32,000 bases of DNA from Sinorhizobium meliloti (GTDB lineage Bacteria > Pseudomonadota > Alphaproteobacteria > Rhizobiales > Rhizobiaceae). Location of the stretch: NCBI RefSeq assembly GCF_017876815.1, contig NZ_JAGIOS010000002.1:1170001-1202000 (forward strand), in the 5' to 3' direction. The position numbers and the translations under genes are program-made. Below the pieces are notes generated by a model. That model was not told the origin of the DNA, searched no databases, and saw nothing but the letters and a program-made list of their open reading frames with translations. Positions 7,561 to 16,348 of the stretch are shown piece after piece. Numbering within the stretch: position 1 is the first letter of the stretch; every line of letters starts with the position of its first letter.

Positions 7561-9536
7561 CGCTGGCGCCGACCTTAATCGTCATCGCCTTTTTTCTCCT
7601 CGGCCCGTTCAACTGGTCGCGCCACAGGAGCTGGTCGCGCGCCGTTACCTGCGCGTTCGTCGCTGCAATCGCGCTGCGTTACATGCTCTGGCGCTTCACA
7701 GAAACCGTGCTTCCCTATCCGAACGACGGCCCCAATTTCTATTGGGTCTGGTTCGTGTTCATCGTCGAGTTCCTCGCCTTTTCGGAGGTCGTTCTCTTCC
7801 TCATCCTGATGAGCCGCTACGTCGACCGCAGCGCCGAGGGGAATCGGCTCGAGCGGCAGTTTTTTGAGCGCGATGAACGGGAGCTCCCCACGGTCGACGT
7901 CTTCATCCCGACCTATAACGAGCCTCTCGACGTTCTCGAACGCACGATCGTCGGGGCGCTTGCGCTCGACCATCCCAAGGACAAGCTGAATGTCTATGTG
8001 CTCGACGACGGCCGGCGCGACTGGCTCAGGACCTTCTGCGAGGGGCGCGGTGCGATCCATGTGACGCGCAGCGACAACGCGCATGCCAAGGCCGGCAACA
8101 TGAACAACGGTTTGCGCGTCAGTTCAGGCGATTTCATCGCCGTCTTCGATGCCGATTTCGTACCCTATCGCAGTTTCCTCCGGCGCACCTTGCCCTTCTT
8201 CATGGACGACACGATCGGCATCGTGCAGACACCGCAGCACTTCTTCAACGTCGATCCGATCCAGTCCAATCTCGGACTGGAGAACCTATGGCCCGATGAG
8301 CAGCGCCTGTTTTTCGACGAGATCGCGCCGAGCCGCGACGGCTGGGACGTGAGCTTCTGCTGCGGCTCCTGTTCGATCGCAAGGCGCAAGGCGGTAGACG
8401 CCATCGGCGGTTTTCCAACCGAGTCGATCACCGAGGATCTACTGACGACGCTGTCGATGCTCAACAGGGGGTTCAAGACGCGCTATCTCAACGAGCGGCT
8501 TTCGATGGGGCTGGCGGCCGAGAATCTCACCGGCTATTTCGTCCAGCGCGAGCGCTGGTGCCAAGGCGGTATCCAGACGCTCTACCTGCACAACGGCCCC
8601 TTGCGCGGGCCCGGCCTCTCGCTCTTTCAGCGCGTCATGTTCCTGCCGATGTCGTGGCTCGTGCAATATCTGGTCCGTTTCATCGTGCTTCTCATTCCTA
8701 TCGTCTATCTGTGGTTCGGCGCCCTGCCGCTCTACTTCACGGATGTCGCCGACTACGTCTCGAACCAGGTTCCCCTGCTGGCGGCCTATTTCCTGCTGAT
8801 GTTCTGGCTCACGCCGACGCGCTACCTTCCGCTGGTCTCCACCGCCGTCGGTACCTTCTCGACCTTCCGCATGCTGCCAACCGTCCTGTCGAGCCTCGTC
8901 AGGCCCTTCGGCAAGCCCTTCAAGGTGACCCCGAAGGGCAGCAGCAACGAGGCAAACGTCTTCGACGCCTATACCTTCACCTGGATCGCCGGCTTCATCG
9001 TGGTTACGGCTTTGGGACTCCTGATCAACATCGTTCCGGAGACGGCGCGGGTAGAGGGGTCGTTCTCGGCGATCGCGGCGCTTTGGTCGGGCATCAACAT
9101 CGTGGTGCTGATCATCGCCTCGCTTATCTGCTTCGAGAAGCCGCGGCGCCTGCTGCAGGCGTTCAAGCTCGACGAGCCGGTGGATCTGGACGGTGTCGAA
9201 GGCCGGCTCGTGAGCCTCTCACTGGACAAGGCGGTGGTGGCGGTTTCGACGGAAACGCGGTTCAAATCGACCAAGGTGAGGCTGAACATCGAAGGCTTCG
9301 CGCCGCTCGAAGCGGATCTGAAGCAGGTGACACAGCGGCGCGGGGACATCACGCGCACCGGCGACAAGCAGCGTTACTACCTTCATCTTCACTATGACCT
9401 GCGTGGATTCGAGCGGGACAAGATGATCATCAAGCTCTACACCGGGCGCTATTCCCGGGACGTTCCCGATATCGACAAGATCGCCGTTTCCGTAAATTTG
9501 CTATTGCGCGCTTTCGGTCGCACGCGAACCGCCTGA
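7527..9536 (+). CDS. bgsA: Family 2 glycosyltransferase, BcsA/CrdS-like processive beta-glucan synthase with a non-canonical C-terminal c-di-GMP-type domain (BgsA-like)
   Basis: Motifs seen: VFIPTYNEP, YVLDDG, FDADF, TEDL, QRERWCQG (QxxRW), plus multiple TM helices on both sides of the catalytic domain. The GTG start at 7527 overlaps bgsB by 34 nt (alternative GTG at 7542). No bcsB-like gene follows. Confidence 0.85.
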   Translation: MGSKLVVQSLLALAPTLIVIAFFLLGPFNWSRHRSWSRAVTCAFVAAIALRYMLWRFTETVLPYPNDGPNFYWVWFVFIVEFLAFSEVVLFLILMSRYVDRSAEGNRLERQFFERDERELPTVDVFIPTYNEPLDVLERTIVGALALDHPKDKLNVYVLDDGRRDWLRTFCEGRGAIHVTRSDNAHAKAGNMNNGLRVSSGDFIAVFDADFVPYRSFLRRTLPFFMDDTIGIVQTPQHFFNVDPIQSNLGLENLWPDEQRLFFDEIAPSRDGWDVSFCCGSCSIARRKAVDAIGGFPTESITEDLLTTLSMLNRGFKTRYLNERLSMGLAAENLTGYFVQRERWCQGGIQTLYLHNGPLRGPGLSLFQRVMFLPMSWLVQYLVRFIVLLIPIVYLWFGALPLYFTDVADYVSNQVPLLAAYFLLMFWLTPTRYLPLVSTAVGTFSTFRMLPTVLSSLVRPFGKPFKVTPKGSSNEANVFDAYTFTWIAGFIVVTALGLLINIVPETARVEGSFSAIAALWSGINIVVLIIASLICFEKPRRLLQAFKLDEPVDLDGVEGRLVSLSLDKAVVAVSTETRFKSTKVRLNIEGFAPLEADLKQVTQRRGDITRTGDKQRYYLHLHYDLRGFERDKMIIKLYTGRYSRDVPDIDKIAVSVNLLLRAFGRTRTA

Positions 9537-9571
9537 TCAGCGGTCTGCAGGTTGGGCGGGATGCCTCCGGT

Positions 9572-10285
9572 CTACCTGCCCTTCGGGGCATAGAGCGTGC
9601 GGGAGCGCTCGAGGTGTCTGATCATCGCCTGCTCGGCTTCGTCCGGATTGCCACTGCGGATACAATCTATGATTTCCTCGTGTTCCGTGAGGGTTACGTT
9701 CTCCCGGCCGGTCCAGATCAGCATTTCCGTATGATACTCTTTGAGCCAGCCGAGCATCGCCTCGCTGACGGCGGTGTATATCGGATTGCCGGAAATCTGC
9801 GCAATGCGGGTGTGGAACGCCATGTCCGCGGCGATGAAGGCATCGGAATCCTCGAGTGCCGCCTGCTGCCGCTTCAAGATTTCCTCCAGCGCCGCGATAT
9901 CGCCGGCATCGGCTCGGCTTGCCGCCTCCCGTGCCATTCCGCGTTCGAAGAAGATGCGCGCGCTCTTCAGGTGTTCCAGCGAATCCGAGGAGGCCGCAAG
10001 CATGATCTTGGCGGCGGCATCCACCTGCCGAAGCAGCGACCGCGCCGTCGGCTGCAGCACCTTGGCACGCTCGCCATGCGAAATCTCGATCAGACCCATA
10101 TTGGCAAGCGCCTGCATCGCCTCGCGAATGGCCGGGCGTCCCACCTGGAAGCGCTCCATCAGCATCCGCTCGGAAGGCATCTCGTCTCCCGGTTGCAGCT
10201 CGCCGGTTTCGATCAACGCCTTCAGCCGCGCAAATACCTCGTCGGAGAGTTTCCTGCGGATAATTGGCTCGGATTGCATGACCAT
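9572..10285 (-). CDS. GntR family (FadR/FCD subfamily) transcriptional regulator
   Basis: KLSDEVFARLKALIETGELQPGDEMPSERMLMERFQVGRPAIREAMQALANMGLIEISHGERAKV is a GntR wHTH. It is followed by an all-helical FCD-like domain (FH..IA..SGNP). Divergent from the RLP gene. Confidence 0.9.
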   Translation of the reverse strand: MVMQSEPIIRRKLSDEVFARLKALIETGELQPGDEMPSERMLMERFQVGRPAIREAMQALANMGLIEISHGERAKVLQPTARSLLRQVDAAAKIMLAASSDSLEHLKSARIFFERGMAREAASRADAGDIAALEEILKRQQAALEDSDAFIAADMAFHTRIAQISGNPIYTAVSEAMLGWLKEYHTEMLIWTGRENVTLTEHEEIIDCIRSGNPDEAEQAMIRHLERSRTLYAPKGR

Positions 10286-10423
10286 GTGAACTCCAGCAGC
10301 TTGCGGCTCATTCTCTATAGGCAGGATTCTTCCGGCAGGCGAGATTTCTCTTGCCTAACTCAGATACTCATTATACCAGTTGCGCGAAAGACGCTACTGA
10401 ATCCAATGTAAAGAGCGCTGCCC

Positions 10424-11680
10424 GTGCTACGCATCACCTACCGCATCGAGACCCCGGGAGATGTCGAATTCCTGGCGAAGAAGATCGCAAGCGACCAGTC
10501 GACCGGAACGTTCGTGCCGGTTCCGGGCGAAACCGAAGAGCTGAAGGCGCGGGTGGCCGCGCGCGTACTGGCTATCCGCCACCTCGAACCCGCCGATCGG
10601 GCCTCATGGCCGGACGAGGCGGGAAGCGCCACGCGCTTCAACCGCGCCGATGCGGAGATTGCCTTCCCGCTCGATGCGGTGGGAACGGATCTTTCCGCCT
10701 TGATGACCATTGCGATCGGCGGCGTCTATTCCATCAAGGGAATGACCGGCATCCGCATCGTGGATATGAAGCTGCCGCCGGAGTTCGCGGCTGCGCATCC
10801 GGGTCCGCAGTTCGGTGTCGTCGGCAGCCGGCGCCTGACCGGTGTCGAAGGCCGCCCGATCATCGGCACGATCGTCAAGCCGGCGCTGGGTTTGCGGCCA
10901 GAGGAAACCGCCGTACTCGTCGGCGAGCTGCTTTCCTCCGGGGTGGATTTCATCAAGGACGACGAGAAGTTGATGAGCCCGGCCTATTCGCCGCTGAGTG
11001 CGCGGATAGCAGCCATCATGCCGAGAATCCTCGACCACGAGCAGAAGACCGGCAAGAAGGTCATGTATGCCTTCGGCATATCCCATACCGATCCCGACGA
11101 GATGATGCGAAACCACGATCTGGTGGTCGCGGCCGGCGGCAATGCGGCGGTCGTCAACATCAATTCCGTCGGAATGGGCGGCGTCGCCTTCCTGCGCAAG
11201 CGCTCCGGCCTCGTGCTCCACGCCCATCGCAACGGCTGGGACATCCTCACGCGCCATGGCGGTTTGGGAATGGAGTTTTCGGTCTGGCAGCAGTTCTGGC
11301 GGCTCCTCGGGGTGGATCAGTTCCAGATCAACGGCATCCGCGTCAAATACTGGGAGCCTGACGAGAGCTTCGTGAAGTCCTTCGAGGCGGTGAGCACGCC
11401 GCTCTTTACCAAGGACGATTGTCCGCTGCCGGTCGTGGGGTCGGGCCAATGGGGCGGACAGGCGCCCGAGACCTATGCACGGACCGGGCACACGACCGAT
11501 CTGCTCTATCTCTGCGGCGGCGGCATCGTCAGCCATCCGGGCGGACCCGGCGCCGGCGTCAGGGCCGTACGTCAGGCCTGGGAGGCGGCAGTCGCCGGGA
11601 TCCCGCTGGCGGATTATGCCAGGGATCACCCCGAACTGGCGCAATCGCTCGAAAAATTCGCCGACGGCAAGGGCGCCTGA
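10424..11680 (+). CDS. RuBisCO large-subunit-like protein (form IV RLP), not a bona fide carboxylase
   Basis: 418 aa with a GTG start. GTIVKPALGLRP (RuBisCO has GTIIKPKLGL), DFIKDDEKL (KDDE with the carbamylated-Lys position kept), LHAHRNG (HR pair), GSGQWGG and CGGGIVSHPGG. The K177 equivalent is Ala. No small-subunit or cbb genes are nearby. Confidence 0.9.
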   Translation: MLRITYRIETPGDVEFLAKKIASDQSTGTFVPVPGETEELKARVAARVLAIRHLEPADRASWPDEAGSATRFNRADAEIAFPLDAVGTDLSALMTIAIGGVYSIKGMTGIRIVDMKLPPEFAAAHPGPQFGVVGSRRLTGVEGRPIIGTIVKPALGLRPEETAVLVGELLSSGVDFIKDDEKLMSPAYSPLSARIAAIMPRILDHEQKTGKKVMYAFGISHTDPDEMMRNHDLVVAAGGNAAVVNINSVGMGGVAFLRKRSGLVLHAHRNGWDILTRHGGLGMEFSVWQQFWRLLGVDQFQINGIRVKYWEPDESFVKSFEAVSTPLFTKDDCPLPVVGSGQWGGQAPETYARTGHTTDLLYLCGGGIVSHPGGPGAGVRAVRQAWEAAVAGIPLADYARDHPELAQSLEKFADGKGA

Positions 11681-11703
11681 CTTCAACGCGACCGGAGGTC
11701 CCG

Positions 11704-13032
11704 ATGCACATTCCCCTGCTCAGCTACTACGGCGACGATCTGACCGGCTCGACCGACGTGATGGAGGCACTCTCCTCCCAGGGCGTCGAAACCGCGTTGT
11801 TTCTCAAGGTGCCCGAGCCTTCGCTCTTCGAGCGCTTCGCCCGTTGCCGCGCCTTTGGGCTCGCGGGCACCAGCCGCAGCCAGACGCCGGGCTGGATGGC
11901 GGAAAACCTTCCGCCGGCCTTTCTGTGGCTGAAGGCGCTGAAGGCGGAGATCGCCCATTACAAGGTCTGCTCGACCTTCGATTCGAGCCCCGGTGTCGGC
12001 AACATAGGCAAGGCGATCGAGATCGGACGGGATGTCTTCGGCGCCGCACCGGTACCGCTCGTCATCGGCGCACCGCAGATCCGTCGCTACACCGCCTTCG
12101 GCAATCTCTTCGCCGCCTTTCGCGGCGAAACCTATCGCATCGATCGCCATCCGGTGATGAGCAGGCATCCGGTAACCCCCATGAACGAGGCGGATATCCG
12201 CCTTCACCTTTCGCGTCAGACATCGCTCAGCGCGGCTCTTGTAGATCTCGTGCAACTCGCGTCGCCGGACGTGGACGCGTTCGCCGACAGGGCTCTCGCG
12301 GATCACCAACTCGTCCTTCTCGATGTCGCGGATGAGGGGAGCCAAGCCGTCGTCGGGCGGCAGCTCTGGCGGACGCGAACGGCCGAAGGGCAATTCGTCT
12401 GCGGCTCGTCCGGCATTGAATATGCACTCGTTCGCGAATGGCGTCGCCTTGGCCTGATCGGCGAAGCGCCGGCATTCGCGCCGCCTGGACCGGTCGACCG
12501 GATCGCGGTGGTTTCCGGCAGCGTCTCTCCGACGACGGAGCGGCAAATCCGTCATGCGATCCAGAACGGTTTCGACGGGATCGCGCTCGATGCAGTCGCA
12601 CTCGCGGCGACGGATGCCGGCTCGGCACTCGAGGATGCCGTCGCGCGCGGGCTGGCCTCTCTGGAGAAGGGCCGGAGCGTTCTTCTCTACACCGCGCTCG
12701 GCCCCTCTGCCGATCGGGGCGATGCCATTCCTGTTGAGGATGGCTCGCGCCACCGGATCGGTGAACGGCTCGGATCGCTCCTGAGAGAGCTGGTGACGCG
12801 CGCCGGGCTCCGCCGCGCTGTCGTCGCCGGGGGAGATACGTCGAGCCACGCCCTTGGCCAGCTCTCTTTCGACGCGCTTACATTGCGGCTGCCGCTTCCG
12901 CAGTCGCCCGGCTCCCCCCTCTGCACCGCGCATAGCGCCGATCCCAGGGTGGACGGCATGGAGGTCGCTCTCAAGGGCGGTCAGGTCGGCCTCGACGACT
13001 ATTTTTCGATGATCCGGGATGGACGGGCCTAA
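11704..13032 (+). CDS. DUF1537 family four-carbon/acid-sugar kinase
   Basis: ATG at 11704 preceded by GGAGG (11693-11697), 23 nt after the RLP stop. Motifs: YYGDDLTGSTDV, HPVTPM, VVAGGDTSSHAL, ALKGGQVG. The 95 upstream codons in the track are Arg/Gly-rich and overlap the RLP gene. Confidence 0.85.
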   Translation: MHIPLLSYYGDDLTGSTDVMEALSSQGVETALFLKVPEPSLFERFARCRAFGLAGTSRSQTPGWMAENLPPAFLWLKALKAEIAHYKVCSTFDSSPGVGNIGKAIEIGRDVFGAAPVPLVIGAPQIRRYTAFGNLFAAFRGETYRIDRHPVMSRHPVTPMNEADIRLHLSRQTSLSAALVDLVQLASPDVDAFADRALADHQLVLLDVADEGSQAVVGRQLWRTRTAEGQFVCGSSGIEYALVREWRRLGLIGEAPAFAPPGPVDRIAVVSGSVSPTTERQIRHAIQNGFDGIALDAVALAATDAGSALEDAVARGLASLEKGRSVLLYTALGPSADRGDAIPVEDGSRHRIGERLGSLLRELVTRAGLRRAVVAGGDTSSHALGQLSFDALTLRLPLPQSPGSPLCTAHSADPRVDGMEVALKGGQVGLDDYFSMIRDGRA

Positions 13033-13071
13033 GGCGCTTCCGAGCAAGAGTGCGTAGCTCTGAAACCACTC

Positions 13072-15363
13072 TCATAGCAGCTTGTCGAGCGTTATCGGCA
13101 GATCGCGAATGCGTTTTCCAGTCGCGTGAAAGATGGCATTCGCAATTGCCGCCGCCGCGCCCGTTATGCCGATTTCACCGACCCCGTGTGCGCCGAGAGG
13201 CGTATGCTCGTCGGGAATGTCGTTGTAGATGATCTCGATATGCGGCACGTCGAGATGCACCGGGACATGATATTCGGCCAGTGACGGATTCATGATCCGC
13301 CCGCGGCGCGTGTCGAGCAGGGTTTCCTCGGCGAGAGCCATGCCGATCCCCATGACGATCCCGCCGCGAAGCTGGCTGACGGCCGTTTTCGGATTGAGGA
13401 TCCGGCCGCAATCGAAGGAGCCGAGCCAGCGCGAGATCCGCACTTCGCCCGATTCATGATTGACGCGAGCTTCGCAGAATTGCGCGCCGTAGGAGGCCAT
13501 GGAGTACTTCATCACCTCGAATGGCATTCCCGAAGTCTCTTCCACTTCAATGAAGTCACGGCCGGCGCGCTTCAGGATCGAGGCGTAGGTTTCGCCCCTG
13601 CTTTCCTCGCCGGACACGAAGAGCCCGCCGTCACGCGCCTCGATCTCTACGTTCGCGCCCGCCAACGGCGAGCCGTTACCCGCGAGTTTGACGAGTTCGC
13701 GATGGGCCTTTTCGACGGCCACCTGCACCGCTGCGGCAATGCTGCCGGTCTGGCTAGAGCCGCCGGCGATGATTGGCGAATCCGGCAGGTCGGAGTCTCC
13801 GTAGCGGAATGAAACCATCTCAAGTGGCAGGCCGAGACGGTCGGCTGCGTGCTGAATCTGCACCGTTGCCGTTCCCATGCCCATTTCGTTCGCCGCCGCT
13901 TGCACGACTGCACTGCCATCGGCGGAAATGCGAAGGCGAACTGCGGCGGGAAAGCGGAAGACTGGGTAATAGGCCGTCGCGACGCCTTGCCCGATCAGCC
14001 ACTTTCCATCGCGCTGCGAACACGGTTCGGCCGGCCGCCCGCTCCAGCCGAACTTTTCCGCGCCGCGCCGAAAGGCCTCGACGAGATGACGGCTCGAAAA
14101 TTCCGTGCCCTTCGTCGGATCTTTTTCGGGCTCGTTCAAGCGGCGAAGTTCGACCGGATCGATCTTCATCTCGTAGGCGAGTTCGTCGATGGCCGATTCC
14201 AAAGCGAAAGTGCCGATCGATTCCCCCGGCGCACGCATCCATGTGTTGGCGACGGTATCGAGATTGACGACCTTCTGACCGACGGACATTGTCCGCGAGG
14301 CGTAGAGATGCCGCGGGGTCAATGAAAATTGTTCGGGAAACTTGGCGTGGGTCGTCGTCGCGGTCACCCCGGTGTGAATGATCGCGGCGAATTTTCCATC
14401 CTCGTCGGCGCCGAGCGCAACGCGCTGTTCCGAAGGCGTGCGGCCGCCGATGAGGCGGAAAACCTCTTCGCGCGAGAGCGCCATCTTCACGGGGCGATTG
14501 GCTACTTTGGCCGCCGCCGCACAAAGCGCGGTGTGGTTCCACAAGGCGGCCTTGCCGCCGAAGCCGCCGCCGACGAAAGGCGCGATGACGCGAACGTTCT
14601 CCGCGTTGAGGCCGAATATGCCGGCGAGTGCATGCTTGCAGCCGTTTACGAATTGGGTCGAGTCGAAAACCGTCAGCCTGCCGTCTTCGTCCCAGGCGGC
14701 GATCGCCGCATGCGGCTCTATGGCGTTGTGGTTGTAGTGCGGTGTCCGATAGACGTTGTCGACCTTGAATGCCGCCGCCGCGAAAGCCTTCTCAGGGTTG
14801 CCGATCGCGAGTTCCGGATCTTCGCCCATGACGGCGGACGGCACGGTCGCTTCCGCCTTGAGATCCTCGAATGAGACGCGCGCTGTTTTCTCAACATATT
14901 CGACGCGCACGAGCGAAGCCGCATGCTCCGCCTGTTCCAGCGTTTCGGCAACGACAACCGCGACGGGCTGCCCATCCCAACTGATCTCGCCGTCCTGCAG
15001 GACAGCGAGGTCACTGGCCGCGAAGCCCTTGTCCATGTGCCTTACATCCATCAGCGGCGGCCGTTTCATCTTCGGTGCGTTTTGGGCGGTGACGGTGGCT
15101 ATTACGCCTGGGCTCCTCTCGGCATCGGAGGCGTCGATCGTGGTAATCCGCCCCTTGGCGATCGTGCTGCAGACGGGAACGGCATAGGCCAGATTTTCGA
15201 TCTCGAATTCCGCGGCGAAGCGCGCTTCACCTTTCACCTTCCGTTGCCCGTCGACGCGGCTGACGGGCGTGCCGAGGTAACCATGTTTGTGGAGGAGCGG
15301 GTCCGGCGCCTTGTCGGGCATGAACTGGACGACGGTTTCCATAAGCTTCTGCAGGACGCTCAT
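13072..15363 (-). CDS. Xanthine dehydrogenase family molybdopterin-binding subunit (PaoC-like aldehyde oxidoreductase large subunit)
   Basis: 763 aa. Motifs: GGGFGGK, MRAPGE, GRILNPKTA.SQ..GG..MG.GMAL.EE, GVGE.G..G...AIANA, and the C-terminal end ITLDKLL, as I recall for E. coli PaoC. GGAGGG RBS lies inside the end of the upstream gene. Confidence 0.9.
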   Translation of the reverse strand: MSVLQKLMETVVQFMPDKAPDPLLHKHGYLGTPVSRVDGQRKVKGEARFAAEFEIENLAYAVPVCSTIAKGRITTIDASDAERSPGVIATVTAQNAPKMKRPPLMDVRHMDKGFAASDLAVLQDGEISWDGQPVAVVVAETLEQAEHAASLVRVEYVEKTARVSFEDLKAEATVPSAVMGEDPELAIGNPEKAFAAAAFKVDNVYRTPHYNHNAIEPHAAIAAWDEDGRLTVFDSTQFVNGCKHALAGIFGLNAENVRVIAPFVGGGFGGKAALWNHTALCAAAAKVANRPVKMALSREEVFRLIGGRTPSEQRVALGADEDGKFAAIIHTGVTATTTHAKFPEQFSLTPRHLYASRTMSVGQKVVNLDTVANTWMRAPGESIGTFALESAIDELAYEMKIDPVELRRLNEPEKDPTKGTEFSSRHLVEAFRRGAEKFGWSGRPAEPCSQRDGKWLIGQGVATAYYPVFRFPAAVRLRISADGSAVVQAAANEMGMGTATVQIQHAADRLGLPLEMVSFRYGDSDLPDSPIIAGGSSQTGSIAAAVQVAVEKAHRELVKLAGNGSPLAGANVEIEARDGGLFVSGEESRGETYASILKRAGRDFIEVEETSGMPFEVMKYSMASYGAQFCEARVNHESGEVRISRWLGSFDCGRILNPKTAVSQLRGGIVMGIGMALAEETLLDTRRGRIMNPSLAEYHVPVHLDVPHIEIIYNDIPDEHTPLGAHGVGEIGITGAAAAIANAIFHATGKRIRDLPITLDKLL

Positions 15364-15364
15364 C

Positions 15365-16348
15365 TTACCCTCCGGCCAACTCGCCCAACACGCCGACGAT
15401 CGTGCGCTTCGCCAACTCGATTTTGAACTCGTTATGGGCGAGGCCTCTTGCCGGCGCGAGTTCGGCTTCCGCCGCCTGTCTGAAGCTCTCCGCGCCAGCG
15501 TTCGCTCCCGCCAGAACGCGCTCGGCTTCGGTAGCCCGCCACGGCTTGTGCGCTACGCCGCCGAGTGCCAGGCGGACGTTCCTGACCTTGCCGCTGTCGA
15601 CCTCCAGAGCGGCAGCCACGCTGACCAGGGCAAAAGCATAGCTCGCGCGGTCCCGGACCTTCCTGTAGAGCGAGCGCCTGGCAAAGCCGAGCGGCGGGAT
15701 CTCGATGCCGGTTATGAGTTCGCCGGGCTGCAGGTCGGTCTCCATATCGGGTGTATCCTCAGGCAAACGGTGGAACTCCTCGAAGGCAATCGTACGCGCG
15801 CCGCCGGGCCCGATGACGTTCACCTTCGCATCGAGAGCCGCCAGGGCGACGCACATATCGGACGGATGCGTGGCGATGCAGCTGTCCGAGGCTCCGAGGA
15901 TCGCGTGCATGCGATTGAAGCCCCCGATCGCATCGCATCCCGCTCCCGGTGCACGCTTGTTGCAGCGCGCGGCGTGGTCGTAGAAATAGAGGCAACGCGT
16001 CCGTTGCATGAGGTTGCCCGCAACGGTCGCCATGTTGCGGATCTGGCCCGATGCCCCGAACACGATCGCCTGGGCTAGAAGCGGATAGCGGTCCCGCACC
16101 ACCGGATGGCCGGCGACCGCCGTGTTCCTCACCGTAGCACCGATAACAAGGCCGCCGTCCGGCCGCTCCTCGATCCGGTCCAGGGGCAGCCCGGTCACAT
16201 CGACCAGCGCGTCCGGCTGTTCGATGTTCTCGCGCATCAGATCGACGAGGTTCGTGCCGCCGCCGAGGAGCTTCGCATTCGGCGTCTTGGAGAGGAGCTT
16301 CACCGCGGCTTCCAGATCTGCTGCTCTCGCATAGGCGAAGCTCTTCAT
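15365..16348 (-). CDS. FAD-binding subunit (PaoB/CoxM-like) with a four-Cys cluster motif
   Basis: MKSFAYARA..L.EAV...........LGGGTNL.DLM, and ATVAGNL.QRTRCLYFYD...RCNKR.PG.GCDA...NR.HAILG.S..CIATHPSD. ATGA overlap (16345-16348) with the 2Fe-2S subunit gene. Confidence 0.9.
   Translation of the reverse strand: MKSFAYARAADLEAAVKLLSKTPNAKLLGGGTNLVDLMRENIEQPDALVDVTGLPLDRIEERPDGGLVIGATVRNTAVAGHPVVRDRYPLLAQAIVFGASGQIRNMATVAGNLMQRTRCLYFYDHAARCNKRAPGAGCDAIGGFNRMHAILGASDSCIATHPSDMCVALAALDAKVNVIGPGGARTIAFEEFHRLPEDTPDMETDLQPGELITGIEIPPLGFARRSLYRKVRDRASYAFALVSVAAALEVDSGKVRNVRLALGGVAHKPWRATEAERVLAGANAGAESFRQAAEAELAPARGLAHNEFKIELAKRTIVGVLGELAGG

Noticed and set aside
7527-9536. Canonical cellulose synthase BcsA.
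   Set aside because: There is no bcsB, bcsZ or bcsC downstream, PilZ signature motifs are absent, and the partner is an HlyD-like protein instead.
10370-10375. TATAAT hexamer on the minus strand, 85 nt upstream of the GntR start.
   Set aside because: There is no acceptable -35 element at 16-18 nt spacing. I also found no convincing GntR-type GT-N-AC dyad in the spacer.
10424-11680. Possibility of a genuine CO2-fixing RuBisCO large subunit.
   Set aside because: The K177 equivalent is Ala and the H327 equivalent appears to be Gln. No small-subunit, phosphoribulokinase or other cbb genes are adjacent. The partner is an acid-sugar kinase.
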